From a virus: DNA of 37,017 bases. The DNA lies in IMG/VR virus record IMGVR_UViG_3300045988_143004; one strand, written 5' to 3'. Position numbers and translations under genes: made by a program. The notes below the pieces were generated by a model. It saw nothing but the letters and a program-made list of their open reading frames with translations, was not told the DNA's origin and searched no databases. Positions within the stretch are counted from its first letter, which is position 1. Every line of letters begins with the position of its first letter. This document shows, one piece after another, positions 15,336 through 24,343 of the stretch.

Positions 15336-15683
15336 TTACATCAACTCCAATGTTGTGTGATGAACTGTTCCATCTGGATTTCTTGGTCTACTTGCTTGAT
15401 AAATTTCATACTCTATATCATTTGTTATTACTTGTCCACCACTTATTTTCTTTATATTTGGTGCTATATCTCCTAGCAATATTACTTTCCCTACAAGCTG
15501 AATCTTTCTTCCATCTGGACTAATTATAATTTTTGTTGTTTCAACAAATCTACATTTTTGTTTTTTTAAATTTAAAGAAGTTAGAGGCTCACCGTTTTCA
15601 GATAAGCCTTCTTGATATATAATTACATCACATTTATTATTTAATAATCTTTTCAAGTGTTTTGGATTTAATTTTTTTATCAT
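15336..15683 (-). CDS. Head closure / head-tail joining protein (115 aa)
   Basis: Assigned by size and position. Confidence 0.4.
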   Translation of the reverse strand: MIKKLNPKHLKRLLNNKCDVIIYQEGLSENGEPLTSLNLKKQKCRFVETTKIIISPDGRKIQLVGKVILLGDIAPNIKKISGGQVITNDIEYEIYQASRPRNPDGTVHHTTLELM

Positions 15684-16063
15684 ATTGTTCTGTTGGTCAA
15701 TCCTGTTTTTTTCAAATAAAAAAAGGCTAATTTTGATATATTTAATTTGTCTGCTATATTTTGCGATTCCTTTTCATTTACTGTTAAGTCTCCTCCGATT
15801 GAATAACTGGATATACTATCATCATCATATATGCCTTCTTCTTTTATATATTCTGCTTGTATACAAGTTGCTTTGATTATTAAATCTTTTTGTTGTGTTG
15901 TTAAATTATTAAATCCTCTTCTTTCAATTCTTGTTAATGTTGCCCTGTTGACATCTATTGAGGCTAACTCTAAATACTTTTCTGTTTCTTCACTTTCTAA
16001 TACTTTAGAGCCATATTTGTAATAGTCCTCTTTTGTTGCATAAACATTTATCATTTGCAACAC
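15680..16063 (-). CDS. gp6-like head-tail connector protein (127 aa)
   Basis: Lies after the capsid gene; helical N-terminal region typical of the family. Confidence 0.45.
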   Translation of the reverse strand: MLQMINVYATKEDYYKYGSKVLESEETEKYLELASIDVNRATLTRIERRGFNNLTTQQKDLIIKATCIQAEYIKEEGIYDDDSISSYSIGGDLTVNEKESQNIADKLNISKLAFFYLKKTGLTNRTI

Positions 16064-16066
16064 CTC

Positions 16067-16273
16067 TTATTTTACTTTCTTTTCTAATTCAGCAACCTTT
16101 GCTGTTAGCTCTTCATTAGATTTTGTTAATTTTTTTAGTTCTTTTTCTAAATCTTTAGAATCTGCTTTTTTAGTAGCTCCTAATTTAGAAAATCCCATAG
16201 CTTCATATTGTAATAATTCTTCCTCTTCTATAGATAATATTGCATTATCTTTTTCTATTTTTATTTTAGCCAT
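16067..16273 (-). CDS. Small coiled-coil protein (68 aa), hypothetical
   Basis: ORF between the capsid and connector genes. Confidence 0.5.
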   Translation of the reverse strand: MAKIKIEKDNAILSIEEEELLQYEAMGFSKLGATKKADSKDLEKELKKLTKSNEELTAKVAELEKKVK

Positions 16274-16283
16274 TTAGAACCTC

Positions 16284-17216
16284 CTATTCAGCAGTATATG
16301 TTTCAGTATCAACATCAACATATATACTGTCAATTTTATTGTCTTTTCCGTTTGGGAATACAAATGTATCAGATAAACTTCTGTCTTGATATAAGTATCC
16401 ATCTCCATCTGTGTGTTGCCCTGGATTAAAGTAATAAATACTTGCAATTTTTGGTACTGTCTTAACAGTTAATGGAGATGCTATTAAAACATTAATTTTA
16501 TGAGATGTACTAGCAACAGGTACAAATCCGTCAGTAAAATCAAATTTATCATAGAATCTTTCATCATCAATTACTTCTATCAGTGTTACTCCATCAATAT
16601 CTGTAATTCTTGTTTCTATGCCAATACCACCTTCTGCAATTTGTGTCATTTCTATTTTTCTTGTAAAGTCTGTAGATTGTTCTAATAAATCCATAATTGT
16701 AGAATTTACGTATGCAATTAATGCACCTTTTGCCACATATCTTCTTAATTTTCCAGCACTTAACATTGCTTTTAATTTTCCATATACATTTTCTTTTGTA
16801 TATGAAGACAATGCTGTTGAACTGTGATATCCTGTTAATTTTTGTGCTTCTGTAGCAACTTTAGAATAGAAGTATGCATCCATTTCTGGTATTTGTTGTG
16901 TTTTATGGAATACTTCTGAAATATTTTTAATAGATGCTGTTTCATTTGTTTCATCTACATCTATTTTATCTACTAAAAATGATATATCTCTATCATGTGT
17001 TAATGTAAAAGGCACATCAGTTTGTGCAAATGTTCCTTTGTTCCATCCACCTAATCTACTATGTGCTTTGTAACCACTTGTACTCATTTGTGTAAAATGA
17101 AATGTTTTGGCACTTAACCATTTAACTGCTGTAGTTACAAATGGTGAAGTTAAAGATTCTTGCTCCATAATTTCTAATAGGTCTGGAGCCCATACCTGTG
17201 CATAATTTAATGCCAT
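16284..17216 (-). CDS. Major capsid protein (310 aa)
   Basis: Lies after the scaffold gene; size and N-terminal MALNYAQVWAPDLLEIMEQES.. are typical of Firmicute siphovirus capsid proteins. Confidence 0.75.
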   Translation of the reverse strand: MALNYAQVWAPDLLEIMEQESLTSPFVTTAVKWLSAKTFHFTQMSTSGYKAHSRLGGWNKGTFAQTDVPFTLTHDRDISFLVDKIDVDETNETASIKNISEVFHKTQQIPEMDAYFYSKVATEAQKLTGYHSSTALSSYTKENVYGKLKAMLSAGKLRRYVAKGALIAYVNSTIMDLLEQSTDFTRKIEMTQIAEGGIGIETRITDIDGVTLIEVIDDERFYDKFDFTDGFVPVASTSHKINVLIASPLTVKTVPKIASIYYFNPGQHTDGDGYLYQDRSLSDTFVFPNGKDNKIDSIYVDVDTETYTAE

Positions 17217-17229
17217 AATTAATTACCTC

Positions 17230-17829
17230 CTAAAATGAATTAAACCTGTTCCATCTTTTTGTGGCTACAGGCTTTTTACTTTTTGAATTGTCATCAGAGT
17301 TACTTTGTGTTGCTCCGAATTTAAATCCTTTTTCTTCCTTTTCTTCTTCCTTTGCTATTTTTAACTCAGGAAATTCAGAAATTACTGCGTTGATTTCATC
17401 TTCTAGCTTTTTGGTGTCTATTACTCCATTTTCTAAAACTTTTGACATATCAACTAATCTTGCTGCTCTTTCAACTTTCTTAACATCAACACCAGCTTTG
17501 GCCATAGCAAGTGCTATTTTGTCAGTATAGTCTGTTTGAACAGTCTCTTTTTGTTCTTCTTGTCCTTTGTCTTCTTGCTTGTTTTGAGTTTCTTGAACTT
17601 GTTTAGAAGTTTCACCCTGTTCTGCTTTTTCAGCGCCTTTTGCGTACATTCTTCTTATAAATCCATCTAACTCATCTTGATTTTTGAAAACTATTGAACC
17701 ATCTTCGCCTTTTTGAGCTACTTGTTTTTTAGCTTTCTCACCCTCATTTTTATTTTCAGTTTTTTGCTCGTTTTGAGCATTCTCTGTTGCAGTTTGAGTA
17801 TCTGCATTTTGTTTTTTATCGTCTTCCAT
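17230..17829 (-). CDS. Scaffolding protein (199 aa)
   Basis: Highly charged E/K/Q-rich helical protein immediately upstream of the capsid gene. Confidence 0.7.
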   Translation of the reverse strand: MEDDKKQNADTQTATENAQNEQKTENKNEGEKAKKQVAQKGEDGSIVFKNQDELDGFIRRMYAKGAEKAEQGETSKQVQETQNKQEDKGQEEQKETVQTDYTDKIALAMAKAGVDVKKVERAARLVDMSKVLENGVIDTKKLEDEINAVISEFPELKIAKEEEKEEKGFKFGATQSNSDDNSKSKKPVATKRWNRFNSF

Positions 17830-17913
17830 ATTGGAACCTCCCCCGTTTAAGGTCCGTCGACCATAATTTTTGCAATAAAAAAAGAGCCTTTTTTAAAGCT
17901 CTAATTTTAAAAA

Positions 17914-17987
17914 TGGCACAAGTTAATGGATTTGAACCATTGCAAACAGTTTTGGAGACTGTCGTGCTACCATTACACTAAACTTGC
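17914..17987 (-). tRNA. trnW: tRNA-Trp (anticodon CCA), 74 nt with encoded CCA end
   Basis: Hand fold: acceptor GCAAGTT/AACTTGT (G1-U72), D arm GTGT-AATGGTA-GCAC, anticodon arm ACAGT-CTCCAAA-ACTGT, variable TTGC, T arm AATGG-TTCAAAT-CCATT, discriminator G, CCA. Confidence 0.85.
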
Positions 17988-17991
17988 ATAT

Positions 17992-18021
17992 AAAAAAACA
18001 CCTACATTTCTGCAAGTGTTT
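17992..18021 (-). terminator. Rho-independent terminator after the zinc-ribbon gene
   Basis: On the minus strand, AAACAC-ttgcagaaatgtag-GTGTTT followed by TTTTTATA. Confidence 0.5.
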
Positions 18022-18029
18022 ACATTTTA

Positions 18030-18317
18030 TTAATAATACTTAGGTCTTACTATCATCCAAATTATCCATAGTCCTCCAGTTATACAAATCATAAATATAT
18101 CAAACAAAATTGAATGTTTTCTTCTAATAGGTCCTTGATTAACACTACTTGCTGAAGCAGAAGAAGATGAAGAAGCAGAATTATTTATTATAATATTATC
18201 TGGTTTATTACTTTTTAATTCTTCTACTTGTCTTCCACATTTTGTACATATTATTGCATCTTCTGGTATTTTTTCACCGCAATGCTTGCAAAATTTCGTT
18301 TTTATTTGAATTTCCAC
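18030..18317 (-). CDS. Zinc-ribbon protein with Ser-rich linker and C-terminal TM segment (95 aa, GTG start)
   Basis: CKHCGEKIPEDAIICTKCG, then SASSSSSASASS, then ILFDIFMICITGGLWIIWMIV. It has its own promoter and terminator inside the head module. Confidence 0.65.
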   Translation of the reverse strand: MEIQIKTKFCKHCGEKIPEDAIICTKCGRQVEELKSNKPDNIIINNSASSSSSASASSVNQGPIRRKHSILFDIFMICITGGLWIIWMIVRPKYY

Positions 18318-18351
18318 AATATTTCATCCCTTTCCGTATTTATTTCGAAAG

Positions 18352-18395
18352 AGTATATCATTATTTAATATATATTTGTGTCGAAATTTGTCGAA
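18352..18395 (-). promoter_or_regulatory. Promoter with two perfect tandem Spo0A boxes: TTCGACA-aat-TTCGACA, 21 nt, TGaTATACT (extended -10)
   Basis: On the plus strand TGTCGAA is at 18379-18385 and 18389-18395 (10-bp phasing). The -10 (plus-strand agtata) is at 18352-18357, preceded by TG. Spacing is the same as at 942-985. Confidence 0.55.
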
Positions 18396-18407
18396 CAATA
18401 TAAAATT

Positions 18408-18557
18408 TTATTTTTTTTTAAACCATTCATTAATTTTTCCATTCTCAATTGCTTTTGAAAACTCTTCTGCTTCTTTTTTCATCTCATCTGTTATTTCAAC
18501 ATTTTCATTTATTGGTATTGGTTTAGGTATTTCATTTATCCATCTAGGATTTTTCAT
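18408..18557 (-). CDS. Small ORF, 49 aa (MKNPRWINEIPKPIPINENVEITDEMKKEAEEFSKAIENGKINEWFKKK); candidate immunity or partner of the MuF-ART toxin domain
   Basis: Not in the ORF track. Its ATG overlaps the stop of the MuF-ART gene (TAATG). Confidence 0.4.
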   Translation of the reverse strand: MKNPRWINEIPKPIPINENVEITDEMKKEAEEFSKAIENGKINEWFKKK

Positions 18558-20050
18558 TAAATTTCCCTCCATAATAAATAATATTTACCAGCTACTTTCT
18601 TTATATTTTCAACGATAAATCTACTATTTCTTGGATATAATATTTCAGATTCGTCTGGATTAAAGTTTCTTAAATCTTTTGCTTTGTTTGATGCTGTATA
18701 TATTATTACATTAGCATTTTTATTGTAATCGTTTCTACTTGAAAAAGATAAATATTCATTAAACATTATTGGTTTATTAATTTTATTCATACGTATAAAT
18801 TTTTTTAATTTTTTCTCATCTGTTATATCTAAAGCTCTAACTATATTTCCATTATAATTTTTGCATTTATCTAATGCTTTATCTAAATGTTTGATTATAT
18901 GCTCTTGAATACCATCTGGTTTAAGATTATTCCTTAATATTTCATTTATTTTATAACTTTCTGAACTTATGTATTGGTTTATTGCATATTGTTCATCATC
19001 TGTCAGACCTATTTTACTACTTTCTATTTCAATTTTCAATTCATTAGCTTTATTTTGATATTTTAATACATTTTCAGGTAATAAGCTTCCTATTGCCAAT
19101 CTTTCACATTGTTTCTGTCTTTGTTGTAAATATTGAGTATATTTATCTTCTTCATTGTGATTGTGTTTTGCTTCTATTACTTCTTCTGGTTCTTCGTTTA
19201 TGCCTTCATAATATGTACTTGTTCCATGGTGGCATCTAGGGTGAAATAAGCCTCCTGCTATTGCTGTACTTAGTAGTGGATATTTGCCATCATTTTCTGT
19301 GCCACCAGACCATACATTATCTATATATACTCTGCCTTCCCATGGTGTACATTTATCACACGCTCCGCCATGTTTAGATACATATACTAATGGATTGCCC
19401 AATTTCTTACGCATTTCACCTTCTCCCATTAAATTTGCTCTTTTATTTGCCGTTCTAATAGCCATGTCGCAGTAATCTGCAATATTATGTTTTGTTCCAT
19501 TTTTATATTCAATACAATTAAAACCTCTTGTTAAAAAATCTTTACTAGCCATATCAATTGCTTGCTTTACTGTTCCTGCTCCTGTATTAGCAAATACTTG
19601 TGCTTTATATATTATTTGTCTATATTGATCATTTGCCATTCTTAAAGTTGCATATTTTACATCTTTCATGTCTGTTTTCGTACTTTTTATTAATGCATCT
19701 AATTTCCTATGATTTAATCCAAAAAAAGATCCACCTAATTGTGAATCTTCTTTCCTTATAATCCCTGATTGTATTGCTTGTTTGTTGGTTCTTCCAGCCC
19801 CTTCTTTGAATTGTTCTTTTATATGCTTATATAAATATTTATTTAACCCTTTTGTGTTATTGTTAAATATTTCTTTATTTGCTTTTTTGTAATCTTCAAA
19901 TTGTTTTATTTTTAATGCTTGCCATTGTGGCCAGTCAAATCCTTCTGCTTTTTCATCTTCTTTATGACTCCATAATGTTCTTTTCATAGAAGCTATTAAT
20001 TGTAATTCAATTTCTTCCATTACTTTTTTTATATCATATTCATTTTGCAT
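18557..20050 (-). CDS. Minor head protein (SPP1 gp7 / Mu F-like) fused to a C-terminal R-S-E ADP-ribosyltransferase domain (497 aa)
   Basis: MuF core: ..KHGGACDKCTPWEGRVY...LFHPRCHH. C-terminus: YAINQYISSESYKINEILRN (Y..Y..iN..LR), VRAL, YLSFSSRN (STS-like), PDESEILYPR (ExE). Confidence 0.8.
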   Translation of the reverse strand: MQNEYDIKKVMEEIELQLIASMKRTLWSHKEDEKAEGFDWPQWQALKIKQFEDYKKANKEIFNNNTKGLNKYLYKHIKEQFKEGAGRTNKQAIQSGIIRKEDSQLGGSFFGLNHRKLDALIKSTKTDMKDVKYATLRMANDQYRQIIYKAQVFANTGAGTVKQAIDMASKDFLTRGFNCIEYKNGTKHNIADYCDMAIRTANKRANLMGEGEMRKKLGNPLVYVSKHGGACDKCTPWEGRVYIDNVWSGGTENDGKYPLLSTAIAGGLFHPRCHHGTSTYYEGINEEPEEVIEAKHNHNEEDKYTQYLQQRQKQCERLAIGSLLPENVLKYQNKANELKIEIESSKIGLTDDEQYAINQYISSESYKINEILRNNLKPDGIQEHIIKHLDKALDKCKNYNGNIVRALDITDEKKLKKFIRMNKINKPIMFNEYLSFSSRNDYNKNANVIIYTASNKAKDLRNFNPDESEILYPRNSRFIVENIKKVAGKYYLLWREI

Positions 20051-20058
20051 TTAATCAC

Positions 20059-21531
20059 CTACTCTAATGGTTCCATTATATTAGGCTCTTCTTTTTCAAT
20101 TATTCCTGCTTCTTCTTTTAACCTTTTTACTTCTTCTTCTTTTTCTTCTTCTGTTAAGCTATCACCATACATTGTATCTACAGTCTTTTCAATACTCATT
20201 ACATTTTGTCCTGGTCTAGCTTTTGATACTGTTTCTACTGTTGCTTCAAAACTTGGATTAGCATATTCTTTGAAATCTACTACTGTTTCATATTCTCCTG
20301 CTGTTTTTCCTTGTGCTAAATCATATGTTTTTAGACATATTGTAACTAACTTAGGAATAACTTTTTCTAATACGTCAATTACTTTTCCTCTTGTATATTG
20401 TGTTGCCTTCTCTTTTTCTCTTTGGGCATCTGCATTATCTAATTTTTTTACATCTATTCCCAATGTTGATGGACTTATTAACCCTTGCAAACACAAATCT
20501 AATGCAGTTATATATGACTGTAACATTCCTTCATAGTCAAAGTCTCCTTTTTCTCTTGTAATCTTACTGCTTTCTGTTTCCGATGTTGTACTTCCTACTT
20601 TAGCGTATCTATTATCAAATGTATTGGGCTTTAATAAATCTCCATTGTCATTTGTTGGTATCAAATCTTCGGGAATATATGTTATTGTTCTATTATCTCT
20701 TAATGCATCTATCCATTTACTCCACACTTCGTCAAAACTATCGAACGCATCCAATTTTTTCTCTAATATACTTTGTCCTCTGCCTTTATATTTCTTTGAT
20801 TTATTAAACATCATAGGTACAGCCAACATAAAATTTGTGTCTCTTGGTTCTTTTAAATCTGCTGTTTCTGGAATGGCTTTGTAATTATCCATTAATTTGT
20901 CATTTTTGTATAGTTCATATTTTATTCCATTTTTTGAGTATTTTTCAAAAAAAGTGTAGCAAGCATCTTTTTTATGGTATTTATTTTTAAAGTTTATTCC
21001 TGTTATCCTTCCTCTTGTATATTCGTAATCAACATCCTGTCCAGAATAAAACTCTATTATTGGATATTTACTTATGTCTGTATCATAACTTATCTTAAAT
21101 GCACCATCGCATTGCACAAATACATCAATTATTGCTTGTTTTAATGTTTCTTTAAAGTCATTTTCTTTTGCTATCTCCTCCCAATTTGTTTGCGCTTCGT
21201 TGTTTCCTTTAACTTTTATTTTATTGAAACTATCAACTGTTATATCGGCTAACATATCAACTATCATAGTAGGTAATCCAGTATGTATTTTTCTAAAATT
21301 TATACCTGTTGTACTTTGTGCTGCCCAAAATTTTGCATTTCCCATTAAGTCGTCTGTTTGAGTGTAATATTGATGTAATTCTGATGCGTCTCCTCTATAC
21401 CATAATAAATTTCTAAAACAGTTTCCTTCAAATGTATTCGTTTCTTGTATTGTTATTGTATCTCCTACGCTTGGTTGTATTTCTAACCAATTTCGTATTA
21501 CATTTTTAATTTTATCGTTGACTGCTCCCAT
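20059..21531 (-). CDS. Portal protein (SPP1 gp6-like), 490 aa
   Basis: Size fits, it lies between TerL and MuF, and it has an acidic C-terminus. Confidence 0.85.
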   Translation of the reverse strand: MGAVNDKIKNVIRNWLEIQPSVGDTITIQETNTFEGNCFRNLLWYRGDASELHQYYTQTDDLMGNAKFWAAQSTTGINFRKIHTGLPTMIVDMLADITVDSFNKIKVKGNNEAQTNWEEIAKENDFKETLKQAIIDVFVQCDGAFKISYDTDISKYPIIEFYSGQDVDYEYTRGRITGINFKNKYHKKDACYTFFEKYSKNGIKYELYKNDKLMDNYKAIPETADLKEPRDTNFMLAVPMMFNKSKKYKGRGQSILEKKLDAFDSFDEVWSKWIDALRDNRTITYIPEDLIPTNDNGDLLKPNTFDNRYAKVGSTTSETESSKITREKGDFDYEGMLQSYITALDLCLQGLISPSTLGIDVKKLDNADAQREKEKATQYTRGKVIDVLEKVIPKLVTICLKTYDLAQGKTAGEYETVVDFKEYANPSFEATVETVSKARPGQNVMSIEKTVDTMYGDSLTEEEKEEEVKRLKEEAGIIEKEEPNIMEPLE

Positions 21532-21532
21532 G

Positions 21533-21901
21533 TTATTCTCCTAACTCTACTAATCTCCAATCTTCTGCAAGCATATCTGCCTGACTTGCTAACCAGCCTA
21601 ATTGAACACCTGATGTTCCTACAAATGCTATTGCTTCATGTTCTGCATTTATCGTTTCATTATTAGTATTTTTATAACTAATATTAGTTGCTAATTCTAT
21701 ATATTGATTTTTTCCATTCCAACCTTGTCTTTGTACTCTTTTTCCATCTTTTAAATATTTAATTGCTTGTCCAAAATCAAATAATTCCTTTTTATCTTTT
21801 TGTATTAATTGTTTATATCTATCTTTTATAATAATTAACTCGTCATATTTATTTTGATCTACTGTTATTGTAGGTGTACTAAAAATTCTATCTAATGCCA
21901 T
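21533..21901 (-). CDS. DUF2829-family protein (Tad2-like), about 122 aa from ATG 21901
   Basis: FDFGQAIKYLKDGKRVQRQGWNGKNQYIEL ... GWLASQADMLAEDWRLVE are the hallmark DUF2829 motifs. GGAGG precedes MALDRIF. Confidence 0.65.
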   Translation of the reverse strand: MALDRIFSTPTITVDQNKYDELIIIKDRYKQLIQKDKKELFDFGQAIKYLKDGKRVQRQGWNGKNQYIELATNISYKNTNNETINAEHEAIAFVGTSGVQLGWLASQADMLAEDWRLVELGE

Positions 21902-21903
21902 AA

Positions 21904-22170
21904 TTATTTTTCCTCCATTCTTATACATTTATTTTCAAACTTTTTATATGCATCAAAGTATAATTCTTTTTTATCTCCATTATATGTTAATTCGTAATAC
22001 ATACCATCAAATAATGTTGTGCTTAGTAACGCTTTATGATTTTGTAGTGTCTTACAGTACCATACATCAAACACTTCAAATTCTGGAATATTATCACTTC
22101 TATCTAAATGTTCTTTTGCATATTCCTTCACTATTTCTTTACATTTTTCTATAAATTCTTTACTTCCCAT
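21904..22170 (-). CDS. Conserved phage hypothetical protein (88 aa)
   Basis: ORF directly after TerL. DVWYCKTLQNHKALLSTTLFDGMYYELTYNGDKKELYFDAYKK resembles a family common in Firmicute phages. Confidence 0.55.
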   Translation of the reverse strand: MGSKEFIEKCKEIVKEYAKEHLDRSDNIPEFEVFDVWYCKTLQNHKALLSTTLFDGMYYELTYNGDKKELYFDAYKKFENKCIRMEEK

Positions 22171-22173
22171 TTT

Positions 22174-23541
22174 CTATTCCTCACTCTCATCTTTAATTAA
22201 TTTCTTTATTACTTCCCAATTACCAATTTTCTTTTTATGTGGTAACCAAGCATATTGGCAACCATTTATTGAGTGGTCGTTGCCATCTTCTGGCTGATTA
22301 TCTTCATTAAATGAATATTTATTACATTCATCTATATAGTCTTTGCAAGTTTCAACAATTAAAAAATCACCAGTATTCAACCAACTTTCTTGTAGTTGAA
22401 CTCTAGTGATTATCTTTGTCTTTTTCCATGCATTTTCAAAGTTATATACTAAAGCATTTTGCCTTTTTGCTTTGTTTGCTTCCATTATTGTTCCCTGGTC
22501 TGCATTATCTATAAAACATGTTCTTGCAAATCCCCATTCATTTTTAAACTCTTCCATAAATTGTATTATCCATTGAACTACATCACTTGGTGCAAATGGT
22601 ATTGTTCTATCTCTATTATTAAATGTTCTTTCTTTTAATAATACACATTTATTATCTATTGTTATTCCTATACCTTCTAGTGTTACTTTATCGTGGCTTT
22701 CTTTTGAATATGATGTATCACAACCAATAGAAAATAGCTTAAATTTCATTTGTTTTGCTTCTTCTACTGTTATTATGTTTTTAGGTTGTAAATTAAAGCA
22801 TAGCCCTGTTGCTTTTCCTCTTAGTCCTTGTATCTTGTTTTTATATAGTTTCGTTCCTATTGGAGCAACTGTTTTTTTCTTTTCTATTTCTTCTTCTGTC
22901 AAACCTTTGTTATCATAAAAAGTAAAAAACCAATATCTATAATTTTTCTTTGGCTCAACTTTGTTTAGTTCTTTCATTATTTCAATTGGTACGTCATTAG
23001 CATACTTCTTATATGGTCTAGCATGATTTATTACTTCATCATAAATAGGTAAATTAGGATCATCTGGATTTAATGTTATGCACAAATAATCATTTCTTGT
23101 TAAGATTTCTCTAACAAAATCTATATCAGCTATATTACCTTCATCTATGTACACACAACCATATTGTCCCCCTAATGCATTCTCCCATTGGTCTTTATTT
23201 TTATAACTTAATACATATATAATTTTATTTTCGAATTTTATATGTGGGAACTTATGGTCTTTATCTCCATTTCCACAATATATAGCATTTTTGTGTATAT
23301 CTAATATTCCATTATCTTGATTTATTATATTTTTTTCAGCGACACCTGTTGTTCTTGCTGCAATTATATGCTCTTTTTTGTTAGATGCTGATATCTTTCG
23401 CATAAACTTAATGCCTGCTGCTATTGTAGTTTTTCCTGAGGCTGTTGTTCCTTCTAGTATATCAACATCAACATTTTCAGTTGTATTGCAAAAGTCAATA
23501 TATTTTTCTGATAATTCAAAGTCTTTTTCTTCGTCATTCAT
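22174..23541 (-). CDS. terL: Terminase large subunit (455 aa)
   Basis: Walker A GTTASGKTT, Walker B-like CVYIDEG, and a C-terminal nuclease region (CFIDNADQG..). Confidence 0.9.
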   Translation of the reverse strand: MNDEEKDFELSEKYIDFCNTTENVDVDILEGTTASGKTTIAAGIKFMRKISASNKKEHIIAARTTGVAEKNIINQDNGILDIHKNAIYCGNGDKDHKFPHIKFENKIIYVLSYKNKDQWENALGGQYGCVYIDEGNIADIDFVREILTRNDYLCITLNPDDPNLPIYDEVINHARPYKKYANDVPIEIMKELNKVEPKKNYRYWFFTFYDNKGLTEEEIEKKKTVAPIGTKLYKNKIQGLRGKATGLCFNLQPKNIITVEEAKQMKFKLFSIGCDTSYSKESHDKVTLEGIGITIDNKCVLLKERTFNNRDRTIPFAPSDVVQWIIQFMEEFKNEWGFARTCFIDNADQGTIMEANKAKRQNALVYNFENAWKKTKIITRVQLQESWLNTGDFLIVETCKDYIDECNKYSFNEDNQPEDGNDHSINGCQYAWLPHKKKIGNWEVIKKLIKDESEE

Positions 23542-23908
23542 TTAGTCCTTCACCACCTAATTGTTTGCAAATATCTGCAAATTTTTTAGAAGGTTCTACT
23601 TCATTCTTTATTCTTTCTGTAGGTTTATATCCTGCTCTATCAAGAATATCTTTTACTGCTTGCATTTTTATATATTCGTTATTTGATTTTAATAGTTTCT
23701 TCAGTTCCTTTTGTGCTTCTACTGCAAGTGAACCAAAATTTTCTTTTATATTTTTCTCTATTTCATTTTTAAATTCTTTATCTTTTTTCCAGTTGCATAT
23801 TGTCTGTTCTGTTATTTTTAATTCTTTTGCTATTTGTTTTTGTGTTTTATTTTCTATAACCATTAAGTTTATACATTGCATTTGTTTTTCACTTAACACT
23901 TGGTTCAC
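23534..23908 (-). CDS. terS: Terminase small subunit (124 aa, HTH)
   Basis: KTQKQIAKELKITEQTICNWKK is an HTH, followed by ..VKDILDRAGYKP. It overlaps the terL start. Confidence 0.7.
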   Translation of the reverse strand: MNQVLSEKQMQCINLMVIENKTQKQIAKELKITEQTICNWKKDKEFKNEIEKNIKENFGSLAVEAQKELKKLLKSNNEYIKMQAVKDILDRAGYKPTERIKNEVEPSKKFADICKQLGGEGLNE

Positions 23909-23934
23909 CCCTTCCTAATTAAAATTTATTAAAA

Positions 23935-24054
23935 TTATTTTCTTTTAAATTGTTTTATCATTACATCTATTATTGTAACAAAAATAAAAAGAGTAAATGC
24001 TATTGCTAATGCTCCTAAACAACTTAATATTATTCCCAGAAATATATTCCACAT
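23935..24054 (-). CDS. Small membrane protein, 39 aa (MWNIFLGIILSCLGALAIAFTLFIFVTIIDVMIKQFKRK)
   Basis: Hand-translated; fills the gap upstream of terS. Confidence 0.35.
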   Translation of the reverse strand: MWNIFLGIILSCLGALAIAFTLFIFVTIIDVMIKQFKRK

Positions 24055-24058
24055 TATC

Positions 24059-24337
24059 TTACACTTCCTTTCCTGTTACCACATCTACTATTTTTATTGT
24101 TACATCTGCTTCCCAGATATAATAACTTCCTATTTTAGATAATTTCTCATTCTGATTTTCTAATATTACTTTTCTCTGCTCTAAATTTAACTTTTTGCTT
24201 ATTTCTTTTTGACTTTCTATTGTATTATTACATGTATAACCTTTTTTATTTAATACCTTTATTACTAGTTCATTTTTTTCTTTAGAAATTTTCTGTATAA
24301 GATTCTTTTCCTTCTTTGATTTTACTTTTAGATACAT
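24059..24337 (-). CDS. Hypothetical protein (92 aa)
   Basis: ORF in an operon context. Confidence 0.5.
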   Translation of the reverse strand: MYLKVKSKKEKNLIQKISKEKNELVIKVLNKKGYTCNNTIESQKEISKKLNLEQRKVILENQNEKLSKIGSYYIWEADVTIKIVDVVTGKEV

Positions 24338-24343
24338 AATATA

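Noticed and set aside
17914-17987. Idea that the phage tRNA-Trp signals stop-codon recoding (TGA as Trp)
   Set aside because: The anticodon is the standard CCA. Well-supported genes end in TGA (for example the GT chaperone at 13399-13401 and the small ORF at 67-69), and all large genes translate cleanly with the standard code.
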